A stretch of 64,000 nucleotides of DNA from Deltaproteobacteria bacterium (GTDB lineage Bacteria; Myxococcota; Kuafuiibacteriia; Kuafuiibacteriales; Kuafuiibacteriaceae). The position numbers and the translations under genes were made by a program. Below the pieces are notes generated by a model. It saw only the letters and a list, made by a program, of their open reading frames with translations, was not told the DNA's origin and searched no databases. Shown piece by piece: positions 8,496 to 16,520 of this stretch. The first letter of the stretch is position 1; every line of letters begins with the position of its first letter. The stretch lies in the NCBI GenBank assembly GCA_040218735.1, contig JAVJQW010000062.1:224001-288000 (forward strand). Direction: 5' to 3'.

Positions 8496-10112
8496 ATGAT
8501 ATCGACCGACAACCTCTCCCTCCTCTTCGGCAACCGCGTCCTCTTCCAGGACGTGAACATCAAGTTCACCCCCGGCAACTGCTACGGGCTGATCGGCGCC
8601 AACGGCGCCGGGAAGTCGACGTTCCTGCGGGTGCTATCGGGGGAGCAGGAGCCCACGTCGGGGAGCGTGAGCGTCCCGAACGGGTTCCGGATCAGCGTCC
8701 TGAAGCAGGACCACTTCGCGTACGAGTCGGTGCGCGCGTTGGACGCGGTCATCATGGGCTTCGAGCGGCTGCACGCGGTGCAGGTCGAGAAGGACGCGCT
8801 GTACGCGAAGCCGGACTTCGGCGAGGACGACGGCATCCGCGCGGGTGAGCTCGAGGCGGAGTTCGCGGACCTCGGCGGTTGGGACGCGGAGGCCAACGCG
8901 GGCCAGCTCCTCGAGCACCTCGGCATCCCGACGGAGCGGCACACGCTGACGGTCGGTGAGCTGTCGGACAACGAGAAGGTGCGCGTGCTCCTCGCGCAGG
9001 CGTTGTTCGGTTCGCCCGACATCCTGCTCCTCGACGAGCCGACGAACCACCTCGACGTGGACACGATCCTCTGGCTCGAGGAGTTCCTGCTCGACTACCC
9101 GCACACGGTGATCGTGGTGAGCCACGACCGGCACTTCCTGGATCGCATCTGCACGCACATCGCGGACGTCGACTTCTCGAAGGTCACGCTGTTCACCGGC
9201 AACTACACGTTCTGGTACGAGACGAGTCAGATGGCGCTGCGGCAGCGTCAGGAGGCGAACCGCAAGAAGACGGATCGCATCAAGGAGCTGCAGCAGTTCA
9301 TTCGTCGCTTCAGCGCAAACGCGTCGAAGTCGCGGCAGGCGACGTCGCGGAAGTCGCAGCTCGACAAGATCACGCTCGACGACATCAAGCCGTCGTCGCG
9401 CAAGTACCCGTACATCGTGTTCGGGAAGGACAATCAGCTCGGCAAGGACGTGCTGACGGTCGAGAACCTCTCGAAGTCGATCGACGGCGTGAAGCTGTTC
9501 GAAGATCTCAGCTTCACCATCGGCGTCGGCGAGCGCGTCGCCTTCGTGGGCGACGATCGCGCGGTGTCGGCGTTGTTGTCGATCGTCGCGGGCGTCGAGT
9601 CACCGGACAGCGGCTCGGCGCGCGTCGGCAGCAGCGTGAACCTCGGCTACTTCCCGAAGGACAACGCGCACTTCTTTGAGACGGAGCTGAGCCTCCTCGA
9701 CTGGCTCAAGCAGTACACGACCGACGAGGAGGAGAGCTTCGTGCGCAGCTTCCTCGGCCGGATGCTCTTCTCGGGCGACGAGGTGCACAAGCAGGCCAAC
9801 GTCCTCTCCGGTGGTGAGAAGGTGCGCTGCATGCTCGCGCGCATGATGCTGCAGGCGCCGAACCTGTTGGTGCTCGACGGCCCGACGAACCACCTCGACC
9901 TCGAGTCGATCACGGCGCTCAACAACGGCCTGCTGAAGTTCCACGGCACGATGCTGTTCGCGTCGCGCGACGTCCAGTTCGCGGAGTCGCTGGCGGACCG
10001 CATCATCGAGATCGATCGCGGCGCGTGGATGGATCTGAACATGTCGTTCGGCGAGTACCTCGCGGACGAGGCGCGCCTGGAGCGCCGGCACCAGGGCGCG
10101 GCCCACCCGTAG
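8496..10112 (+). CDS. ABC-F family ATP-binding protein (YbiT/YkpA-like)
   Basis: GANGAGKST, LLLDEPTNHLD, inter-ABC linker, LSGGEK, no TM domain. Confidence 0.92.
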   Translation: MISTDNLSLLFGNRVLFQDVNIKFTPGNCYGLIGANGAGKSTFLRVLSGEQEPTSGSVSVPNGFRISVLKQDHFAYESVRALDAVIMGFERLHAVQVEKDALYAKPDFGEDDGIRAGELEAEFADLGGWDAEANAGQLLEHLGIPTERHTLTVGELSDNEKVRVLLAQALFGSPDILLLDEPTNHLDVDTILWLEEFLLDYPHTVIVVSHDRHFLDRICTHIADVDFSKVTLFTGNYTFWYETSQMALRQRQEANRKKTDRIKELQQFIRRFSANASKSRQATSRKSQLDKITLDDIKPSSRKYPYIVFGKDNQLGKDVLTVENLSKSIDGVKLFEDLSFTIGVGERVAFVGDDRAVSALLSIVAGVESPDSGSARVGSSVNLGYFPKDNAHFFETELSLLDWLKQYTTDEEESFVRSFLGRMLFSGDEVHKQANVLSGGEKVRCMLARMMLQAPNLLVLDGPTNHLDLESITALNNGLLKFHGTMLFASRDVQFAESLADRIIEIDRGAWMDLNMSFGEYLADEARLERRHQGAAHP

Positions 10113-10121
10113 CCGCGAGCC

Positions 10122-10488
10122 TCAGCGCTCGTGCGGGCAGAGGATGACCTCCTCGGAGACGCTCTCGACGGCATCACTCGCGCAGAGCGCTCGGATGCCG
10201 GACAAGTCTGTCGACACCCGGTAGAGAACCGAGGCTCGGCAGTCGATCCAAGATGGTGTGCGTCTCGCCTTCGAGCACCGCCTCGACGCTGTCGAGTTGC
10301 GCGTCCACCTCCGCTTCGGTCTCGCCGTCCACTGAGACGACGACCTCGACGAGCTCGCCCGCGCCAAGCTCGGCCTCTAAGGCCGTGCACCCCCGAGCCT
10401 CGATGTCACCGCGGCATCGCGCGCCGTCACGGTCGTCGCTGCAGGCCGCGAGGAGGAGGAGCGTGACGATCGTGGTCGCGACTCGCAT
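10122..10488 (-). pseudogene. Small lipoprotein with probable single-base frameshift near 10227
   Basis: Lipobox LLAAC; removing one base at 10227 joins ...LDRLPSLG to LYRVSTDLSGIRALCASDAVESVSEEV. Confidence 0.5.
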
Positions 10489-10534
10489 CGCCTGAATCCT
10501 CACTCGAATAACGTCGTCACCACATCCGTAGTCT

Positions 10535-11719
10535 TCAGGGCGCGAACCAGCCGTAGAGCGTGACGGTCAGCGCGCCCGCGGCGAGCTCGGCGGTCGCCGT
10601 GAGCGGGCCGTCGACGGGGAGCCACAGCCACCGGGGTTGCGGGTCGTTGGTGGCGGAGAGCGTCAGCGTCGGGCCGCCGGCGGGGCTCGAGAGCATCGCG
10701 CGGCCGACGCCCTGCCCCGTCGCTTCGTCGATATGGACCTGCAGGTAGACGGACGTCGCGTCGGCGGGGAGCCCGGCGCGTCCGCGGACGTCAATGAGCC
10801 CGACGTCGCCTTCGGCGTGCAGCGATCGCGGGTCGGCGGTGACCGGGATCTCGACGCCGTCCGGCGTCCCCCAGCCGAGGACTTCGAGGCCGACGGTTTC
10901 AACGTGCGACGTCGTCATCGCGACCTGCCCCGAGGCGTCGAGCGGCAGCCACACGTGTTGCGCCTTGAAGGTGCCCGCGGCGAGTGCGAGTCGTGGCGCC
11001 GACCCGGCGGCGCCCGTCACGTCGAGCGAGCCGTAGCCGGTGCCGCCGCTGACCTCGTCGAGTGTGACCTGCACGTAGGCGGCGGGGGCCGTCGCGGGGA
11101 GGCCCGCGCGTCCGCGCAGCGCCACGGTGTCGCCGCCGACGTGCACAGTTGCGGCGTCGGCCTGGGTCGCCATCACGATCTTCGCGTCGTCGATCCATCC
11201 GAGCACTTCGAGCTCGACGGATTCGATTCGTCCGCCCTCGAGCGTGACGGTTCCGGCGGCGTCGAGCGGCACCCAAAACGCAACGGTCTCGTTCGTGCCG
11301 AACGTCTCCATGCGCCGCGCTGCGCCGCCCGCCGCGGCGGTGATCGTCGCGCGCGTCCCGTAGCGCCCGGTCTCTTCTAGGTTCAGCTCGACGAGCGCCG
11401 CGGTCGCGTCCGCGGGGACGTCGGCGACGGAGAACGTCCCCGACGCGGTGACCGCTTGGGGCGCCCCGGCGAAGCCGACGCTCACCGTCGGTGTTGGCGG
11501 AGGCGGGCCCGCGTCGCGCGGTGTGCCCGCGTCGTCCGTCCCGGCGTCATCGTGGGTGCGCGTGCCGGCGTCGGCCGGGTGCCCGGCGTCGCGCGTGGCG
11601 ACGAAGGGCCCGCCGTCGCGCACGGAGACGGGCCCGAGATCGCGCGCACCGCCGCAAGCAGCGACACAGATCAGGAGCCCTGCGAGGTAGCGCACCACCG
11701 CCCAGCCTACGTCGCCCAC
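10535..11719 (-). CDS. Lipoprotein with DAG stalk and three beta-sandwich repeats
   Basis: ICVAAC lipobox; three repeats (GRAG)xPAxAxxxxVxxxL...WxPLD..G.V......EVLGW. Confidence 0.7.
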   Translation of the reverse strand: MGDVGWAVVRYLAGLLICVAACGGARDLGPVSVRDGGPFVATRDAGHPADAGTRTHDDAGTDDAGTPRDAGPPPPTPTVSVGFAGAPQAVTASGTFSVADVPADATAALVELNLEETGRYGTRATITAAAGGAARRMETFGTNETVAFWVPLDAAGTVTLEGGRIESVELEVLGWIDDAKIVMATQADAATVHVGGDTVALRGRAGLPATAPAAYVQVTLDEVSGGTGYGSLDVTGAAGSAPRLALAAGTFKAQHVWLPLDASGQVAMTTSHVETVGLEVLGWGTPDGVEIPVTADPRSLHAEGDVGLIDVRGRAGLPADATSVYLQVHIDEATGQGVGRAMLSSPAGGPTLTLSATNDPQPRWLWLPVDGPLTATAELAAGALTVTLYGWFAP

Positions 11720-11768
11720 GCCGAAATCTGCCTGTCCGGCGTGAGAATTCAGGTGACGTCAGCGCCGC

Positions 11769-12542
11769 TCACCGCAGGAGCGTCGCGAGCCGTTCGCCGA
11801 CCAGGAAGGTCCACCCCTCGACGTCCGCTTTGCGCTGAAACGCGGGTTCGTCCTGCGGGAAGGTGTGCCCGCCTTCGTGGGTGACCTTCAGCGTCGTGCC
11901 TCCGTCGTTCGGGGCGAGCGTCCAGGTGACGACGGAGGCGCCGCGGATGCCTTCGTAGCGCCAGTCGAGGACGATGCGTTCGTTGACGACGACGTCTTCG
12001 ACGCGCCATCGGTGAACGAAGTCGCGACCGTCGGCGTTCACGGTGAAGCGGGTCTCGAACCCCACGCGCGCCTCGAAGTCCGCCATGGTCTCGAACAACC
12101 ACTGGCGCATGAGGTTCGGCTCGGTGATCGCGCTCCACACGCGTTCGACGGGGGCGTCGAAGGTCTGCTCGACGACGATCGGATGCACGCGGTGGAGCAG
12201 GATGCCGTTCCCGTCCGGATCGGCGCAGACGACCATGTGGCAGTTCGGGCCGTTGATGACGTCGGTCATGAACGGGACGTCCTTCGCCTTCAGCTCGGCG
12301 ATCGTCTGCTCGAGATCATCGACCTCGAACGCGATCGTCCCGCCGGCCGACGCGCTCGGTTTGTTGGGCGTCGCGTTGGTGATCGCGAGGCACCCGCCCC
12401 CGGGGAGGTCGTACTCGATCCACCGGTGCTCGCCCTGCCCGCCCGCCTGACCGCGCGTTAGTCCGAGCGCGCCTTCGTAGAACGCGCACGCGCGGTCGAC
12501 GTCGGTGACGGGGTACATCGTGAAGGCGACGCGTTGGAGCAC
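11769..12542 (-). CDS. VOC/glyoxalase plus SRPBCC (AHSA1) fusion protein
   Basis: VTDVDRACAFYEGALGL...DPDGNGILL followed by FDAPVERVWSAITEP...GWT. Confidence 0.85.
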   Translation of the reverse strand: MLQRVAFTMYPVTDVDRACAFYEGALGLTRGQAGGQGEHRWIEYDLPGGGCLAITNATPNKPSASAGGTIAFEVDDLEQTIAELKAKDVPFMTDVINGPNCHMVVCADPDGNGILLHRVHPIVVEQTFDAPVERVWSAITEPNLMRQWLFETMADFEARVGFETRFTVNADGRDFVHRWRVEDVVVNERIVLDWRYEGIRGASVVTWTLAPNDGGTTLKVTHEGGHTFPQDEPAFQRKADVEGWTFLVGERLATLLR

Positions 12543-12618
12543 GGTCGCGTCATCGCACGAGACGCCGTCCGAGCAAACTCGTGACGCCGACGTATCGAAA
12601 CGTCGTCGTCAGACTTCG

Positions 12619-13278
12619 ATGGGTCGCCTTCTCATCGGCGTTGCTCCGCCGCTCTTCGCGCTCCTCTGCGGTGCGGGCTGCCGTCCGGCCATGGCCGTTC
12701 AAACGCCGGACTATGCGAACCGAAGATTCGAGCCGACGCACACGGACATCCTGTTCCGCTCGACGTCGGTCGAGCTCGACGCCGACGTCCCCACCTCGGG
12801 CATGACGACGCGGCGGGTCCAAGCGCTCTATCAGAAGAATGCGGCCAAGTTCTTCGTCGACGGCGCCAACCGGGCCGGGCCCCTCGGCGAAACGCGCCGG
12901 TTTCGCTCGCGAGGTGGCGTACCGTCCCTCCTCCCGCGCGAGCTCCCCATCCGCGAAGCGCGCGACACCTGGCACGTCCCCGCGGACGGCGAGACCCTCG
13001 ACAGCGAAGCGGGCGTCGCACCGCTCGTCCTCATCATCGACCGCTTCGAGCTGGGCTACGCCGAAGCCAAGATCAACTTCAGCCCCGGCGGCGGCTCCGT
13101 AGAGCCACCGATCCTCTTCCACCGCGCGCACTTCGCGCTCTGGGACAATGAAGCCGGCGCCCTCGTGACCTACGGCCGCGCCATCGTAAACGGACCCGCC
13201 GCCCTGGACGCCAAGACCTTCCGCGCCGTCATCAACGAGATGGTGGACAAGATCCTCCGCGCGCTTCCGCTGGAGTGA
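12619..13278 (+). CDS. Hypothetical lipoprotein
   Basis: ATG 12619, hydrophobic leader ending LCGAGC. Confidence 0.6.
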   Translation: MGRLLIGVAPPLFALLCGAGCRPAMAVQTPDYANRRFEPTHTDILFRSTSVELDADVPTSGMTTRRVQALYQKNAAKFFVDGANRAGPLGETRRFRSRGGVPSLLPRELPIREARDTWHVPADGETLDSEAGVAPLVLIIDRFELGYAEAKINFSPGGGSVEPPILFHRAHFALWDNEAGALVTYGRAIVNGPAALDAKTFRAVINEMVDKILRALPLE

Positions 13279-13351
13279 CCCGAGACGCCAAAGGCGGCGA
13301 GGCTACACGAACGAGCCCCAGGGATCACAAGCTACGGGGATTTGCATCCAT

Positions 13352-13391
13352 GGCCTGAGCCTTCGGCCGCGGAGCGGCCGAAGTTCAGGCC
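13352..13391. repeat. Long GC-rich palindrome (terminator or REP-like hairpin) between convergent genes
   Basis: ggcctgagccttcggccgc-gga-gcggccgaagttcaggcc. Confidence 0.65.
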
Positions 13392-13443
13392 GCCGACCGC
13401 AATCCCGTCTCACGCGAACGGAGCCCGCGCCAGCGGGCGAAGA

Positions 13444-13517
<74 letters not shown>

Positions 13518-13529
13518 CTGAGGTCCGGG

Positions 13530-13558
13530 AGAAAACTCCACCCCAGCCCCCCTGTCAA
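13530..13558 (-). promoter_or_regulatory. Putative sigma70 promoter for tRNA-Gly
   Basis: TTGACA (overlapping the pgsA stop) -17 nt- TTTTCT, 13 nt upstream of the tRNA. Confidence 0.55.
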
Positions 13559-14175
13559 GCAGATTTCTCGCGCTTGGCCACGGTTCGGTAGAACGCGATG
13601 AAGTACTCCGCGGCGCTCAACACGGAGAACGCGACCGACAGATAGAGGAAGTACGTGCCGACGCGGTGGAAGCTCACGGGCTCCTCGAGGAAGTCGAAGA
13701 GCGGGTAGCTGTAGTGCACCAGCAAACACCAGATGCCGACCATCTGCAGCGCCGTCTTCTGCTTGCCGAGGTTGCGCGCCGCGATCACAAGGCCCTCGCT
13801 CGCCGCGATCGTGCGCAGGCCGTTGATGACCGTCTCGCGCGACAGGATCACGAACACCACCCACGGCGACACGCGCCCCAGGTGCACGAGCATCACCAGC
13901 GTGCCCATCACGATCAGCTTGTCCGCGAGCGGGTCGAGGAACTTGCCGATCAACGAGATCAGGTTGAAGCGACGCGCAAGGTAACCGTCGAGCGCGTCGG
14001 TGGCGGACGCCGCCGCGAACGTCATCGCCGCGATGAACGCGTTGCGCGGGGAGTCGTACAGCATCAACAGCAGCACGAACGGAATCGAGCCGATCCGCGC
14101 GTACGTGATCAGGTTCGGGATCTGAACCGCCTGCGCCTTCAGCGTGACGCGCTTGGGCTTCACGGCCGCCGTCAT
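13555..14175 (-). CDS. pgsA: CDP-diacylglycerol--glycerol-3-phosphate 3-phosphatidyltransferase
   Basis: IPNLITYARI, TDALDGYLARR, GKFLDPLADK. Confidence 0.95.
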   Translation of the reverse strand: MTAAVKPKRVTLKAQAVQIPNLITYARIGSIPFVLLLMLYDSPRNAFIAAMTFAAASATDALDGYLARRFNLISLIGKFLDPLADKLIVMGTLVMLVHLGRVSPWVVFVILSRETVINGLRTIAASEGLVIAARNLGKQKTALQMVGIWCLLVHYSYPLFDFLEEPVSFHRVGTYFLYLSVAFSVLSAAEYFIAFYRTVAKREKSA

Positions 14176-14807
14176 CCGTTCTTCCGGTAGTGCCGGTACA
14201 TCTGCAGGACACGCCGCACGTAGCGCTGCGTCTCGCGGATGTTCGGGATGCGGCCGAGGCGCTTCACCCGCTCCGGGCCCGAGTTGTACGCCGCCGCGAC
14301 CAACGCCATGTTGCCTTCGAACTGGTTCGCCAGGATGCGCAGGTACCGCGCCCCACCGAAGATGCTCTGACGCGGGTCGAACGGGTCCTCGACGTTCATC
14401 AAGTCCGCCGTCGCGTCGATCATCTGCATCAACCCCTTCGCGTCCGCGTGCGAGACCGCGTCGGGATCGAAGTTCGACTCCACCTTCGCCACCGCCTTCA
14501 GGAACGCAAACGGCAGCCGGTAGTGCTCCGCCGCCTCGCGGAAGATGTCGTCGTAGCGCGTGACCTGAACCGGGTAGACCACCCGCTCCTCACCCGAGGG
14601 CACGATGATCACCAGCGGCTTCTCACCGCCGAAACCCTCCGCCTCGGACGCACCGCGCGACGCGTAGGGCTTGTAGTTCGCGTTGGGCGTCACGTTCGTC
14701 AGGTGAATCACGCCTTCGTCGTCGACCCAGCTGTACAGCTCAGCCCGCGCCGTCGTCGCCGTGAACGCACCGAGCGCCACGAGCCCCGTGATGATCCCCA
14801 GACGCAC
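14172..14807 (-). CDS. Soluble lytic transglycosylase with N-terminal DUF4124-like domain
   Basis: YSWVDDEGVIHLTN; VESNF, AKGLMQM, AAYNSG, ETQRYV; start approximate. Confidence 0.88.
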   Translation of the reverse strand: MRLGIITGLVALGAFTATTARAELYSWVDDEGVIHLTNVTPNANYKPYASRGASEAEGFGGEKPLVIIVPSGEERVVYPVQVTRYDDIFREAAEHYRLPFAFLKAVAKVESNFDPDAVSHADAKGLMQMIDATADLMNVEDPFDPRQSIFGGARYLRILANQFEGNMALVAAAYNSGPERVKRLGRIPNIRETQRYVRRVLQMYRHYRKNG

Positions 14808-14876
14808 CAGCCTCCAGCTTACCAGCAGTCGTGCGGACGGCACAGGAATCGTCACGGCGTGGTAGGTTGACCGCCG

Positions 14877-16517
14877 ATGTCGACGCAGTGCGACGCCCTC
14901 GTCATCGGCAGCGGGATCGCCGCCCTCACCTACGCGCTCGAAGCCTCGAAACGCGGCCGCAAGGTCGTCATCGTCACCAAACGCGAAGCCAACGAAGCCA
15001 ACACCGCCTACGCGCAAGGCGGCATCGCGTCCGTCCTCGAACCCGAGGACTCCTTCGACGCCCACGTCGAGGACACCCTGCGCGCCGGCGCCGGGCTCTG
15101 CCGCCGCTCCGTCGTCGAGCTCGTCGTGAAGGAGGGCCCCGCCGCCATCCAGCGCCTGATCGACCTCGGCGTCGAGTTCGACCGCGCCGACGGCGCCGAA
15201 GACGCCGGCGTCGAGTACGACCTCACCCGCGAAGGCGGACACTCGTTCCGCCGCGTCTACCACGCCGGCGACATCACCGGCGCCGAGGTCATGCGCGGCC
15301 TCCTCGCCGCGCTCGACGCCGCCGAAAACGTCGAGATCCTCGAGCACCACACCGCGGTCGACCTCCTCACCGTGCGCAAGGTCGAAGGCCTGAAGGCGCA
15401 CGCCACCGCCACGCGCGCCGCCGAGAACCGCTGCCTCGGCGCCTACGTCCTCGACGACGAGACCGGCACCGTCCACACCTTCCGCGCCCCCGTCACGGTG
15501 CTCGCGACCGGCGGCGCGTCGAAGGTCTACTTGTACACCTCGAACCCCGACATCGCGTCCGGCGACGGCGTCGCCATGGCGTGGCGCGTGGGCGCCGAGG
15601 TCGCGAACATGGAGTTCATCCAGTTCCACCCGACGTGCCTGTTCCACCCGCAGGCCAAGTCGTTCCTGATCTCCGAAGCGCTCCGCGGCGAAGGCGGCCT
15701 CCTCCGCCGCCGCGACGGCACACGCTTCATGGAGTCCTACCACCCCATGAAGGAGCTCGCCCCGCGTGACATCGTCGCCCGCGCGATCGACACCGAGCTC
15801 AAACGCACCGGTGACGACTTCGTCGTCCTCGACATGACCCACCTGGACGGCGACTTCCTCGCGAAGCGCTTCCCGAACATCCACGAGACCTGCCTGCAGT
15901 ACGGCATCGACATGCGCACGATGCCCATCCCGGTCGTCCCGGCGGCGCACTACGTCTGCGGCGGCGTCGTCACCGACGACGTGGGCGAGTCGACCATCCC
16001 CGGCCTCTTCGCCGTCGGCGAAGTCGCGTGCACCGGCCTGCACGGCGCCAACCGCCTCGCGTCCAACAGCCTCCTCGAAGGCGCCGTCTTCGGCCACCGC
16101 GCCGCCGACGCCGCCGAGCGCTACTACGCCATGACCCTCCCCTCCCACGAGGTCCCCGAGTGGGACCCCGGCAACGCCGTCCCCTCCGACGAGCTCGTCG
16201 TCATCAGCCAGTGCTGGGACGAGATCCGAAGGTTCATGTGGAACTACGTCGGCATCGTGCGGAGCGACCGGCGATTGCAGCGCGCGCAGCGCCGCATCGC
16301 GACGCTCGAAGAAGAGATCCGCGAGTTCTACTGGCGCGCGACCGTCACGCGCGACCTGATCGAGCTGCGAAACCTCTGCACCGTCGCGGACCTCATCGTG
16401 CGATGCGCGAGGCAACGCCGCGAGTCGCGCGGCCTGCACTACTCGATCGACTACCCGACGCTCGACAAAACCGAGCCCCCCCGCGACACCGTGCTCGCGC
16501 GGCGAGAGCTCGTTTAG
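14877..16517 (+). CDS. nadB: L-aspartate oxidase
   Basis: IGSGIAAL, TAYAQGGIA, EGGHS, EFIQFHPT, LHGANRLASNSLLE, ESRGLHY. Confidence 0.96.
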   Translation: MSTQCDALVIGSGIAALTYALEASKRGRKVVIVTKREANEANTAYAQGGIASVLEPEDSFDAHVEDTLRAGAGLCRRSVVELVVKEGPAAIQRLIDLGVEFDRADGAEDAGVEYDLTREGGHSFRRVYHAGDITGAEVMRGLLAALDAAENVEILEHHTAVDLLTVRKVEGLKAHATATRAAENRCLGAYVLDDETGTVHTFRAPVTVLATGGASKVYLYTSNPDIASGDGVAMAWRVGAEVANMEFIQFHPTCLFHPQAKSFLISEALRGEGGLLRRRDGTRFMESYHPMKELAPRDIVARAIDTELKRTGDDFVVLDMTHLDGDFLAKRFPNIHETCLQYGIDMRTMPIPVVPAAHYVCGGVVTDDVGESTIPGLFAVGEVACTGLHGANRLASNSLLEGAVFGHRAADAAERYYAMTLPSHEVPEWDPGNAVPSDELVVISQCWDEIRRFMWNYVGIVRSDRRLQRAQRRIATLEEEIREFYWRATVTRDLIELRNLCTVADLIVRCARQRRESRGLHYSIDYPTLDKTEPPRDTVLARRELV

Positions 16518-16520
16518 CGC

